Of a DNA stretch of 64,000 bases, positions 55,485 through 64,000 are shown piece after piece (position 1 is the stretch's first letter; each line of letters begins with the position of its first letter). Below the pieces are notes generated by a model. It was not told the origin of the DNA, ran no database searches, and saw nothing but the letters and a program-made list of their open reading frames with translations. Source of the DNA: Flavobacteriales bacterium (GTDB lineage Bacteria; Bacteroidota; Bacteroidia; Flavobacteriales_F; PHOS-HE28); NCBI GenBank assembly GCA_023382455.1, contig JAHDVX010000012.1, positions 44,519-108,518 of the forward strand, in the 5' to 3' direction. Position numbers and translations under genes: made by a program.

Positions 55485-57098
55485 TTACCGCAGAGGGTGA
55501 AGCCGGTAAACATTAACCCCATTTACTTCACCGATCAGGTCTTGCAGGTACGGACCGGTAACAGGGTCCCATGTCCATTTGGGGTCCACACAAAGGAAAT
55601 ATTTCGCGCCATTGGCGATCAACATGTCTATCCATCCGGGTTCATTCAGGTGGTTGCCATAATTATTCCATCCCCGATTTCCCATGAAAAGGAACGACGC
55701 GTTGATCGTCCAGTCGTCGGCAAAGATGACACGGTCGTCAGGCTGTATCCCCAACGCCCTCAACGCGGGTTGGATATGCACCACGGGTTCCAGGCTCCAA
55801 TAGTTCAATCCGTTCCAATGAGGCAGCTCCGCCTCATGGTATATGGGCCAAAGTTCCCCGGCACCCATGGTTCCCGAGGTATCGTAGCGCATCTCCAAGT
55901 TTTGTGCGGTGTAAGCCACGTTGTAAGCCAGTAATCCCGCCATGGCCAACCGGGCCCAACGGCCGTTCCAGATTTTCGGGTAGTTCCGCTTCAGTACCCA
56001 CAGAAAGCTCACCAGGAGCACCGCGAACGTGATCGTTGGGTTGATGAAGTAATAGTCGTGGTTGTTCAAGGCCGGGAACCAGAATAGGACGAACATCACC
56101 GTGCCCACGAACAATAAGGCATTCAAGACAACGACCTGCTTCGGTAACGCACGAACCTTGACCAACAAGGCTCCCAAGGCAACCGCGAACAGGGCCCAAA
56201 CCGAGGTGTCGAAGATCTGGAACACGACAATGTGTCGACCGATGTCCCACGCCTCCCTTCTTGCGGCGGGGTCCATGTCCCAGATAGGCCAGAGGTTGTT
56301 GAAGGTATACTTCCCGCCATGCTGGCCATTGTACCAGGCGGCGTATGCATACCACGCATATACGGCCAGGAACCCGATGGCCATCGTGGCCCATTCTCGC
56401 CGGCTTCCCTTGAACAAGGACCACTGTGCGGTTGCGTTCCCACGGTACAGCGTGCTTAAGGCCAGCAGCCCGGCCAAGGCGACCAAGCTCATGCCCGCCG
56501 TTACCTTCAACAACATGCCCAAGCTGAAGAAGAAAACGGCCCATGTCCAATACTTGTGCTGCCCCTCGGTGGCGTATCGGACGGTGTACCACCAACCGAT
56601 AAGCGCCAAGTCGAAGGCGGGGACGTCCGTAAGGAACCCGATCCCGAAATAGACGATCGCGGGCGAGGCGTAGAAGAGCAATGCGACGCAGATCGCCCAG
56701 AAAGCGCTTTGGAGGATCCTTTTCACGGAAGCGAACAGCGCGAGCGTGCCCAGGAAGTGCAACACAAAGCCGATCAGCCGATAGATGAACAGATCCGGCC
56801 CGGTGATGCGCCAGATCATGCCCACCAGGTAGTAGATCAGGGGAAATTCCCCGGCGGTCTTGCCGGTTGTATACCCGTCCGAAAAAAGATTGTGGATCGT
56901 CGGCTGGAAAAAGTTCCAGGTGCTGTCGTAATAGTTCCAGGCAAGCGAGATGCAATCAGCTTGGCGCCATAGATGATGGGGCTGGGGGAGCAGGTGCAAC
57001 ACGCGGCCCGCCTCGTATGCGGAGGACATGGCGATGAATAAGGCCACGAGCCACCACACTGTCTTGGACTGCGAGGTGGGCTTGCGGACCCGGTTCAT
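55485..57098 (-). CDS. Polytopic membrane protein (537 aa), GT-C-like family candidate
   Basis: ~12 hydrophobic helices; C-terminal soluble domain. Confidence 0.55.
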   Translation of the reverse strand: MNRVRKPTSQSKTVWWLVALFIAMSSAYEAGRVLHLLPQPHHLWRQADCISLAWNYYDSTWNFFQPTIHNLFSDGYTTGKTAGEFPLIYYLVGMIWRITGPDLFIYRLIGFVLHFLGTLALFASVKRILQSAFWAICVALLFYASPAIVYFGIGFLTDVPAFDLALIGWWYTVRYATEGQHKYWTWAVFFFSLGMLLKVTAGMSLVALAGLLALSTLYRGNATAQWSLFKGSRREWATMAIGFLAVYAWYAYAAWYNGQHGGKYTFNNLWPIWDMDPAARREAWDIGRHIVVFQIFDTSVWALFAVALGALLVKVRALPKQVVVLNALLFVGTVMFVLFWFPALNNHDYYFINPTITFAVLLVSFLWVLKRNYPKIWNGRWARLAMAGLLAYNVAYTAQNLEMRYDTSGTMGAGELWPIYHEAELPHWNGLNYWSLEPVVHIQPALRALGIQPDDRVIFADDWTINASFLFMGNRGWNNYGNHLNEPGWIDMLIANGAKYFLCVDPKWTWDPVTGPYLQDLIGEVNGVNVYRLHPLR

Positions 57099-57111
57099 GG
57101 CACCAGCCGGC

Positions 57112-57768
57112 TCACACCACCATCTCCTTCACCCCTTCCACCACCACCAGCCTCCCCTCCGTCTTGGCCTTCACCTCGTCCACGGTCACGCCGGGGGCGA
57201 GCTCCTTGAGCACGAAGGCGCCATCGGTGATGTCGAACATGCCCAAGTCGGTGAGGACACGTTTCACGCATCCCACACCGGTTAGCGGGAGGCTGCAGCG
57301 CTTCAGCAGCTTGCTGTCGCCGTGCTTGTTGGTGTGCATCATGCACACGATGATGTTCTGTGCGCTGGCCACCAGGTCCATGGCGCCGCCCATGCCCTTC
57401 ACCATCTTGCCGGGGATCTTCCAGCTGGCGATGTCGCCGTTCTCGGCCACCTCCATGGCGCCCAGCACGGTGAGGTCCACCTTTTGTCCGCGGATCATGG
57501 CGAAGCTGGTGGCGCTGTCGAAGATGGCCGCCCCGGCCTTCAGGGTCACGGTCTGCTTGCCTGCGTTGATCAGGTCGGCGTCTTCCTCGCCGTCGTACGG
57601 GAACTCGCCCATGCCCAGGATGCCGTTCTCGCTTTGCAGCGTCACGTCCATGCCCGGTGGGATGTGGTTGGCCACCAAGGTGGGTATGCCGATGCCGAGG
57701 TTCACGTAGAAGCCGTCCTGCAGTTCACGCGCGATGCGCTTCGCCATTTGGTTCTTGTCCAAAGCCAT
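57112..57768 (-). CDS. scoB: 3-oxoacid CoA-transferase subunit B
   Basis: SENG active-site motif (LQSENGILGMG). Confidence 0.9.
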   Translation of the reverse strand: MALDKNQMAKRIARELQDGFYVNLGIGIPTLVANHIPPGMDVTLQSENGILGMGEFPYDGEEDADLINAGKQTVTLKAGAAIFDSATSFAMIRGQKVDLTVLGAMEVAENGDIASWKIPGKMVKGMGGAMDLVASAQNIIVCMMHTNKHGDSKLLKRCSLPLTGVGCVKRVLTDLGMFDITDGAFVLKELAPGVTVDEVKAKTEGRLVVVEGVKEMVV

Positions 57769-57786
57769 GGTCCGGGGTCGTCTGGT

Positions 57787-59586
57787 TCAAGGTTTGTGTC
57801 CTTCCTTCCAAGGGCGGACAAGATACACCCGGAGCCTTCCCTCGCTGGTGTATGACTGGTGTAGCTGGTTCCACAGGTAGGCCACCACCTCCCCGGCATC
57901 GGAAGGCACCTCGGGTATGCGGCGCACCCCTTGGAGGCCAATGCCGCGGCCCGGGTCGCGAAGGAATTGGATGAGCATGAAATCGCGGTGAGGCGGCAAG
58001 CCGGCTGCGATCGTTTCCACCACTATGACGCCGGTCATGGGCTCGTGTTCCGGCTTCAACGCGAGGTCCAGCTCGATCCGGTAGGCATTCCCCTTCATGG
58101 CATCCGTGGGCGGGCGCCAGAGTTCGCGCAACTCGGCATTGCCGTGCACGGGTGGCAGGATGCTGTCCAGTACCAAGGTGGAGGTCTCGGCTTGCGTTCG
58201 CCCGTACAAGGCTGCCCGCTCCGTGCCGGCCAAGGCCAGTAACCGGTAACCCGGCGGCACTTCGGACCGTTGCGGGTCCAGCAGGAGCAGGTCACCGCCG
58301 CCAAGGGGCCATTGGGTGATGTCCACGGCGTTCAACCGCAAGCCGTGCTCGCGCTGGCCGAAGCCCCAGCAGGCGATCATTTGGTGGTAGCCGCCGATGG
58401 TGGGAAGGCTGGCGGTCCGGTTTTTCCAGTCGTTCGCGGCCCGGTACAGGGGGGCGGGAATGGCCTGCTCGGGCCAGTACATGGTGGCGTTCAGGTTGGC
58501 CGTGGCTACGGCGTGCACGGGCAGGGCCAGCAGGGGAAGCGCGGCCCACTGCCAACGTTGCCGGGCCTGGGCCACCCGTTCCACCGCGAAGGCGAACAGG
58601 AGCAGGAACGGGGTCACCCAGTGCAGCACGGTGCGGTCCTCGGGGAAGGGTGTGCCCTTCCAATGGTGCAGCACCACGCGGGCCAGGCCATCGGCCCAAA
58701 GGAGGCCGGCGCACAGCACCGGGACCCACGCGTGCATGCCGCGCGGCGCGGTGCGGAAGGCTGCCGCGGCCACGGCGGTGCAGGCGATGAGCACCAGCAG
58801 GACCAGCAGGGGTGCGGCCGGGGCATCGGTGCCCGCGATCAGTGGCATCAAGGAAGCCACGGATCCGCGGACCACCCCCAAGGTGTTGCCGTAATACAGG
58901 CAGTCGCTGCGGGACAGCCACTCGGCGGTGGCCACGGCGGCCAGGAAAGGCATGGCACCCAGGGCGACCCAAAGGCCGGCCTGCCGGATCGCAGCCTTGG
59001 TGGGAAGCAGGCGCCAAGGCGAACACGCGGCCGTGAAGGCGAGGACCGCGGCCCAGGCGACCAGCAGGTTCAGGGAGGCCCAACCGGCGCAGGCCATGGC
59101 CAGCAGGGTGATGGCCAGCCCCTTGTTGCCCGGCCTCACCGACCAAGTGGAAAGATGGTACAGCGCCATGCACCAGAAGGCCATGGCCAGGCCGTAGCCG
59201 CGGAAGAGCGAGAAGAAGTCCAGCAGGAACGGGGTGAGCAGCAGGGCGGCCCACAGGCAGCGGCGTACGGGGCCGTGCCGCAGGTGCGTTCCCCATTTCC
59301 AGACGTGGAAGGCATAAAGGGGGAAGGCCAGGAGGGAAGGCAGGCGCAAGGCCCATGCGTGCATGCCGAACAGTTTCCAGCCGAGCCAGCCCAGGGCCGT
59401 TGCCAGCACGTGGTTGCCGGCGTCGGGCGGCGCCAGGAAGGGCAGGAAGTCCGAGGTTTCCACAAAGCGGAAGAAGGCCATGGCCTCATCGTGCACCACG
59501 GGCACCAGCACGGTACGTGCCGCCGCGTAGGCGAAGACCACGGTGGAAAGGGCGATGAACACCACGCGCTCCGCCCGGGCATCCAT
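57787..59586 (-). CDS. GT-C-fold glycosyltransferase (family 39/83-like, PMT/ArnT type) membrane protein
   Basis: DE motif in the first extracytoplasmic loop (LVPVVHDEAMAFF) after TM1; ~11 TM helices. Confidence 0.6.
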   Translation of the reverse strand: MDARAERVVFIALSTVVFAYAAARTVLVPVVHDEAMAFFRFVETSDFLPFLAPPDAGNHVLATALGWLGWKLFGMHAWALRLPSLLAFPLYAFHVWKWGTHLRHGPVRRCLWAALLLTPFLLDFFSLFRGYGLAMAFWCMALYHLSTWSVRPGNKGLAITLLAMACAGWASLNLLVAWAAVLAFTAACSPWRLLPTKAAIRQAGLWVALGAMPFLAAVATAEWLSRSDCLYYGNTLGVVRGSVASLMPLIAGTDAPAAPLLVLLVLIACTAVAAAAFRTAPRGMHAWVPVLCAGLLWADGLARVVLHHWKGTPFPEDRTVLHWVTPFLLLFAFAVERVAQARQRWQWAALPLLALPVHAVATANLNATMYWPEQAIPAPLYRAANDWKNRTASLPTIGGYHQMIACWGFGQREHGLRLNAVDITQWPLGGGDLLLLDPQRSEVPPGYRLLALAGTERAALYGRTQAETSTLVLDSILPPVHGNAELRELWRPPTDAMKGNAYRIELDLALKPEHEPMTGVIVVETIAAGLPPHRDFMLIQFLRDPGRGIGLQGVRRIPEVPSDAGEVVAYLWNQLHQSYTSEGRLRVYLVRPWKEGHKP

Positions 59587-59591
59587 GCGGT

Positions 59592-60290
59592 TCAGGAGCG
59601 TTGCCGCACGGTGCGCTGCTCGATGCGTTTCTCGTACTTCTCCCCTTGGAAGATGCGGTGCACGAAAATGCCCGGCGTGTGGATCTGGTCGGGATCGAGC
59701 TCGCCGGGTTGCACCAGGTGTTCCACTTCGGCGATGGTGATGTTGCCGGCCATGGCCATCATGGGGTTGAAGTTGCGCGCCGTATGGCGGTACACCAGGT
59801 TGCCGTTGGTATCGCCCTTCCAGGCCTTCACCAGGCTGAAGTCGGCGCGCAGCCAGTGCTCCATCACGTACATCTTGCCATCGAACTCGCGGGTTTCCTT
59901 GCCCTCGGCCACCTCGGTGCCGTAGCCTGTGGGGGTGAAGAAGGCCGGAATGCCCGCGCCGCCCGCACGGCAGCGCTCGGCGAGGGTGCCTTGCGGGGTG
60001 AGGTCCACCTCCAGCTCGCCGGAAAGCAGTTGCCGCTCAAACTCCGCGTTCTCCCCCACGTAGCTGGCGATCATCTTCTTGATCTGCCGCTGCTTCAGGA
60101 GAAGCCCCAGCCCGAAGTCGTCCACCCCCGCATTGTTGCTGATGCAGGTGAGGCCTTTCACGCCGCTGCGCACCAGGGCTGCGATCAGGTTCTCGGGGAT
60201 GCCGCAGAGGCCGAAGCCGCCCACCATCAATGTCATGCCGTCGCGGAGGCCTTCCAGGGCCGCGTCCGCGTTGCTTACCACCTTGTTCAT
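59592..60290 (-). CDS. scoA: 3-oxoacid CoA-transferase subunit A
   Basis: [36 protein letters not shown] canonical N-terminus. Confidence 0.9.
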   Translation of the reverse strand: MNKVVSNADAALEGLRDGMTLMVGGFGLCGIPENLIAALVRSGVKGLTCISNNAGVDDFGLGLLLKQRQIKKMIASYVGENAEFERQLLSGELEVDLTPQGTLAERCRAGGAGIPAFFTPTGYGTEVAEGKETREFDGKMYVMEHWLRADFSLVKAWKGDTNGNLVYRHTARNFNPMMAMAGNITIAEVEHLVQPGELDPDQIHTPGIFVHRIFQGEKYEKRIEQRTVRQRS

Positions 60291-60339
60291 CTCTTTCCGA
60301 CGTATGCGGCGAAGATACTCTAGGCTTGCAGGCTCGCTC

Positions 60340-60540
60340 TTCCTTGGTACTACGGACGGACACTGGCCTTGCTTCGCCGAAGGCTTCGCGAAGGCGCAGT
60401 GGACACGGATGCTGCTTCGGAAGGGAATTGGACCTTTGGTGAATTGCTTTCACCGATCCAGCGGATGGCACCGATAAGGGAAAGTCTCGCAGGCTCGCTG
60501 GGGGTTGTAACCACGGATAGACACCGATGAACACGGATGG
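60340..60540. repeat. Intergenic cluster of ACACGGAT-type motifs including a 10-bp-phased triplet (60509-60540), plus a ~100-bp internal direct duplication, upstream of scoA
   Basis: aACCACGGATagACACCGATgaACACGGATgg; additional copies GGACACGGATG and ACTACGGACGGACACTGG; duplicated gcaggctcgct... blocks. Confidence 0.5.
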
Positions 60541-60623
60541 TGCTGCGGGTGCGTATTGGCTCTTTGGCGAATTGCTTCATGTGCACTTTGGCCGCTAGTC
60601 TTTTTGGCCAATTGATACTTCCC

Positions 60624-61643
60624 TCATCGCCACTGCACCGCCACCTTGCCGATGCTTTTCCCCGATCCGAGCAGTTTCAGGGCTTGCGGCAATTGGTCCG
60701 CGGTGAAGGGCGGATGCACGCGCGGCTTCAATGAGCCGGTCCGCAAGGCCCCGAGGGCTTCCCGCATGCACGTGGCCACCAGCTGGGGCTTGCGTTCGCT
60801 GAGGCGAAGCATGTTCACACCGATCAGGCTTTTGCTTTTCATCATCAGGAAGATGGGCACCACGAGGCCCATGTTCCACACGAAGCGCAGCGTGCCGAAG
60901 GTGCCGCCTGCGCCGCGTTCCGCGCCGCCGAAGAGCACGAGCCTGCCGCCGCTGCCCAGCAGCCGCAGGTCCTTCTTGAAGGTGGTGCCGCCCACCGCAT
61001 TGAAGCTCACGTCCAGGCGTGCACCGCCGAGCAGCCGTTGCACCTGCTCCGCATAGTCGCCTTTGGTGCGGTCAATGGCATGCTGCACACCGAGCTGTTT
61101 CAAGTAGGCAAGCTTTTCCGCTCCCCCGGCCACGGCGAAGACCTCGCAACCCGCCTGGGCCGCGAGCTGCACCAGCAACTGTCCCACGCCGCCAGCGGCG
61201 CTGTGCACCAGTACGCGGTCGCCGCGTTCCGGGCGGGTGATCCAGCGGGCCATGTACCAGGCGGTGGCACCTTGCGTGGCCATGGCCAGCGCGGCGCCGA
61301 GGGGCATGTCGTCGGGGATCTCGGCCACGGCGCGGTGGTCCGTGCAGGCCAGTTGGGCATAGCCGCCGAAGCGGGTGAAGGCCAGTACGCGCTTGCCCAA
61401 GAACTCCTTCGGCACGCCTTCTCCAAGGCCCTCTACACGGCCCACCACCTCGTAGCCGAGCACGCACGGCGGCTTGGGCGCATCGCGGTACAGGCCCTTC
61501 ACGGCCATGGTATCCGCGTAGTTCAGTCCGAAGGCTTCGCTGCGGATCAGCACCTCCTGTTCGCCCGGCATGGGGTCCGGCAGTTCGCGTAGCACCAGGG
61601 CCTTCGCAGCATCACCGGTGGAGATCTGTTGCCAGGCTTTCAT
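60624..61643 (-). CDS. Zinc-binding/MDR-family quinone oxidoreductase
   Basis: GxGxxG NAD(P) motif LVHSAAGGVGQLLVQLA; GroES-like N-terminal domain. Confidence 0.85.
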   Translation of the reverse strand: MKAWQQISTGDAAKALVLRELPDPMPGEQEVLIRSEAFGLNYADTMAVKGLYRDAPKPPCVLGYEVVGRVEGLGEGVPKEFLGKRVLAFTRFGGYAQLACTDHRAVAEIPDDMPLGAALAMATQGATAWYMARWITRPERGDRVLVHSAAGGVGQLLVQLAAQAGCEVFAVAGGAEKLAYLKQLGVQHAIDRTKGDYAEQVQRLLGGARLDVSFNAVGGTTFKKDLRLLGSGGRLVLFGGAERGAGGTFGTLRFVWNMGLVVPIFLMMKSKSLIGVNMLRLSERKPQLVATCMREALGALRTGSLKPRVHPPFTADQLPQALKLLGSGKSIGKVAVQWR

Positions 61644-61667
61644 GGGGAAAAGGGTTTGCCGGGTTGA

Positions 61668-62000
61668 TCAACGAAGGATCAACAATCCTGTGGATGCATC
61701 CCTGTCAAAGGCCTCAAGGGTTTCCATATTCCCCAAGATGATGTCCAACCATTCCGCCGTGGTATGGTTGTCCATGGACAAAACAACCACCTTGGGTGGC
61801 ATGCCGTGCAGCACGCTCATTTCCACGAAATCGTCATCCTGTGTCAGGATGGTAAACCCTTCGCTTTTAGCGATCTCCCAGATCTTGCTATCCGGCCGGG
61901 AGGTCAACTGCAATGGTTTCACATGGGTTGTATCGGGAAACGCATGATCGAGGTGCCTGACCAGCTTGTCCGACAAGTTCTCGCCGATCAGGAACTTCAT
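61668..62000 (-). CDS. DUF5615-family PIN-like protein (toxin-like partner of DUF433)
   Basis: MKFLIGENLS...ILTQDDDF typical DUF5615. Confidence 0.8.
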   Translation of the reverse strand: MKFLIGENLSDKLVRHLDHAFPDTTHVKPLQLTSRPDSKIWEIAKSEGFTILTQDDDFVEMSVLHGMPPKVVVLSMDNHTTAEWLDIILGNMETLEAFDRDASTGLLILR

Positions 62001-62227
62001 GCCGCTGAAGGCACAATGCTGGTGTGGCGTTCGCGATCAGCCGCATACGCCAAGCAGGCACGGATATCCTCCTCCGTCAGCTCATCAAAATCCGCGAGGA
62101 TCTCCTGAATGCCCATGCCGCTTGCCAGATAGCCCAGCACATCGCCCACAGTGATGCGCAGGCCACGAATGCACGGTTTGCCGCTGCGCTTCCCGGGTTC
62201 AATGGTGATGATCTTGCGGTAGTCCAT
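61997..62227 (-). CDS. DUF433 domain protein (antitoxin-like partner)
   Basis: GKPCIRGLRITVGDVLGYLASGMGIQEILADFDELTEEDIRACLAYAA; ATGA overlap with the downstream gene. Confidence 0.8.
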   Translation of the reverse strand: MDYRKIITIEPGKRSGKPCIRGLRITVGDVLGYLASGMGIQEILADFDELTEEDIRACLAYAADRERHTSIVPSAA

Positions 62228-62382
62228 GATTGTTGAAGTGAATCAAAGTTAGGCCATTCCAATATAGCGGATACATCCGTGGAGGGCTTGGAGTGTGGTA
62301 AGGTGCACGGGTTGATCAAGGCGTTACGCACGAGGAGTCGTACTGCAACGCGCAATAAGCATAGGACCCAAGACAGCCACCC

Positions 62383-62964
62383 TCACGGCCCCTGCACCCT
62401 CCCTTCCTCCACCGCCACGATGTAATCCACCACTTCCTGGCGGATCCTGTCCATGTCGGCGTTCTCGCCGATGCGCTCCAGCAGGGTGGCATAGGCGGGC
62501 CATTCCTGGCGGAACTTGCCTGATGGTGTGCGGTTATCGCCAGGCTTGAAGACGGCCGGCACGATCTCACCGTGCAGGTCGTGGCTGAGGTAGGATGGAA
62601 GGCCGTACCCGAAGGTGGCGGCTTCCAGGCTGTCGTGCTGCATGTGCAGATGGGCGAAACCGTTCTCCCAGTAGTAGATCGGTCCTTGCGCCATCAACCG
62701 GACGGGCAGGAAGCCGTGCTGCTCGATGCGGTACAGCGCGCCACGGTTCATAAAGCCCCACACCTTGCGTGTCGGCACGCGCACCAGCGCTTCGCCTTCC
62801 CGGTACGTCACCACGAAGCGGCCGAAATGCGGCTCCACGTTGAAGAGCCCCTTCACCTCCTGGCCACGGTGTTCCGCATACTCTTCATAGCTCTGGTATA
62901 GCGCGTTCTGCGCCATGATTCCCACCGCGGACAGCGAGAGGAGCGTGGCGATGAGCGTGCGCAT
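62383..62964 (-). CDS. Hypothetical secreted protein
   Basis: Signal MRTLIATLLSLSAVGIMAQ; protein-like composition. Confidence 0.55.
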   Translation of the reverse strand: MRTLIATLLSLSAVGIMAQNALYQSYEEYAEHRGQEVKGLFNVEPHFGRFVVTYREGEALVRVPTRKVWGFMNRGALYRIEQHGFLPVRLMAQGPIYYWENGFAHLHMQHDSLEAATFGYGLPSYLSHDLHGEIVPAVFKPGDNRTPSGKFRQEWPAYATLLERIGENADMDRIRQEVVDYIVAVEEGRVQGP

Positions 62965-63060
62965 GGCTTGAAGCGATGAAGCAAGGTAGCAGCACCTGGG
63001 CCTTTCCCCAGCGATGGTTCAAGGGAATTGTGCACAGGGTGCGGCGGGTTAACACAGGAC

Positions 63061-63744
63061 CTACTCCTTCCCGCCCACGCACAGCACGAATTCCCCTTTC
63101 GGCGCATGCTGCTCCACATGTGCAGTCAGTTCGGCCAAGGTGCCGCGCAGCGTTTCCTCGTGCAACTTGGTGAGCTCCCGCGAGAGGCTGGCCGGGCGTT
63201 CCGGTCCGAAGGCTTCGGCCAATTCGCCCAAGGTGCGTGCGATGCGGTGCGGGCTTTCGTAGAAGACCATGGTGCGCCGCTCAGAGGCCAGCTCGGCGAT
63301 GCGCGTGCGGCGGCCCTTCTTCACCGGCAGGAAGCCCTCGAACGTGAAGCGGTCACACGGCAGGCCGCTGTTCACCAGCGCGGGCACGAAGGCCGTGGCA
63401 CCGGGCAATGTTTCCACGGCAATGCCGGCCTGCACCGCAGCGCGCACCAGCAGGAAGCCGGGGTCGCTGATGCCCGGCGTGCCCGCATCGGTGACCAGCG
63501 CGAAGCGCTCACCGGCCTGCATGCGCCGCACCAGGCCCTCCGTCACCTTGTGCTCATTGTGGATGTGGAAGGCAATGAAGCGCTGCTCAATGCCGTAATG
63601 CTGCAACAGGCGGCCGCTGGTGCGCGTGTCCTCGGCGATCACCGCATCGGCCTCGGTAAGGATGCGCTTGGCCCGAAGCGAGATGTCCTCCAGGTTGCCG
63701 ATAGGCGTGGGGACAAGCCAAAGGCGGCCTTCAACTTCGCTCAT
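63061..63744 (-). CDS. rsmI: 16S rRNA (cytidine1402-2'-O)-methyltransferase
   Basis: LWLVPTPIGNLEDISLRAKRIL...EDTRTSGRLL tetrapyrrole-methylase-fold signature. Confidence 0.9.
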   Translation of the reverse strand: MSEVEGRLWLVPTPIGNLEDISLRAKRILTEADAVIAEDTRTSGRLLQHYGIEQRFIAFHIHNEHKVTEGLVRRMQAGERFALVTDAGTPGISDPGFLLVRAAVQAGIAVETLPGATAFVPALVNSGLPCDRFTFEGFLPVKKGRRTRIAELASERRTMVFYESPHRIARTLGELAEAFGPERPASLSRELTKLHEETLRGTLAELTAHVEQHAPKGEFVLCVGGKE

Positions 63745-64000
63745 TTCAGTGGGCCGATCAGCGCCACCAATGTCCGGTACAGCTCGTCGAACTTGGTGAG
63801 GGGCAGCGTCTCCGCGCGATCATGCACGTCGTGGTACCAGCTTACACCGCCCATGGTGTAGATGAAGATGGCGGGGATGCCTTTCTCCACGAAGGGGCAG
63901 TGGTCGCTGTTGCAGGCCGGGCCGCGCGCCTTCACCTGCGGCAGGGCCTGGGTCTTGGTGTTGATGGCCACCAGTTTGTCGAAGACCTCTTTCTGCTGGG
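63741..64000 (-). CDS. Partial CDS (C-terminal part only; start lies beyond window end), M28-family Zn-peptidase-like
   Basis: CNSDHCPFVEKGIPAIFIYTMGG..YH motif. The ORF continues without a stop to position 64000, and the 4-nt overlap with the rsmI start suggests coupling. Confidence 0.5.
   Translation of the reverse strand, partial: QQKEVFDKLVAINTKTQALPQVKARGPACNSDHCPFVEKGIPAIFIYTMGGVSWYHDVHDRAETLPLTKFDELYRTLVALIGPLK

Noticed and set aside
58270-59925. 551-aa plus ORF
   Set aside because: Antisense of the GT-C gene and scoA; G/R-rich.

Overview
High-GC (~65-70%) Bacteroidota-type chromosomal segment, densely coding with about 53 CDS. The Bacteroidota assignment rests on T9SS C-terminal sorting tails on several proteins, a TAnnTTTG promoter box, and an exbB-exbD-exbD-tonB-pstS-TPR cluster. 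The main result is that the first ~8.9 kb is a single minus-strand gene, not the 2065-aa G/R/A-rich plus-strand ORF shown in the ORF track. It starts at the ATG at 8865 and runs off the window start, so the track omits it. It encodes a signal peptide, a ~470-aa N-terminal domain and at least 28 tandem ~88-aa Ig-like 'NAGPDQ..C' repeats in a regular ~792-bp three-unit higher-order repeat. This is the SprB/CHU-large class of giant surface adhesins, and a divergent small paralog with a T9SS tail sits next to it. Housekeeping genes in the window include uvrC, lpxD, lipB, rsmI, scoA/scoB, an enoyl-CoA hydratase, an aldehyde dehydrogenase, a quinone oxidoreductase, a SIS-domain phosphosugar isomerase, a YceI protein and the ExbB/ExbD/TonB cluster. 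Other surface-related genes are T9SS cargo proteins carrying CotH-kinase/LTD and SBBP beta-propeller domains, a ~1196-aa membrane sensor histidine kinase, and a Wzx-like flippase. Accessory, compositionally deviant genes are a Type II restriction-modification pair (Dcm-family C5-methyltransferase overlapping an HNH endonuclease) and a DUF433/DUF5615 toxin-antitoxin-like pair. At 46.1-59.6 kb lies a cluster of five large polytopic GT-C-like (ArnT/PMT-type) membrane proteins, one of them fused to an N-terminal GT2 polyprenol-phosphate-sugar synthase domain. This cluster also has a lipoprotein with a GH16-like EIDFE motif, and it splits scoA from scoB. I read it as a candidate periplasmic glycosylation system of unknown target. 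Non-coding oddities are a ~375-bp element bounded by 14-bp inverted repeats containing a ~160-bp tandem duplication, and 10-bp-phased 'ACACGGAT' triplet arrays at two separate intergenic sites. Many long antisense ORFs in the track are artefacts of the high GC content.
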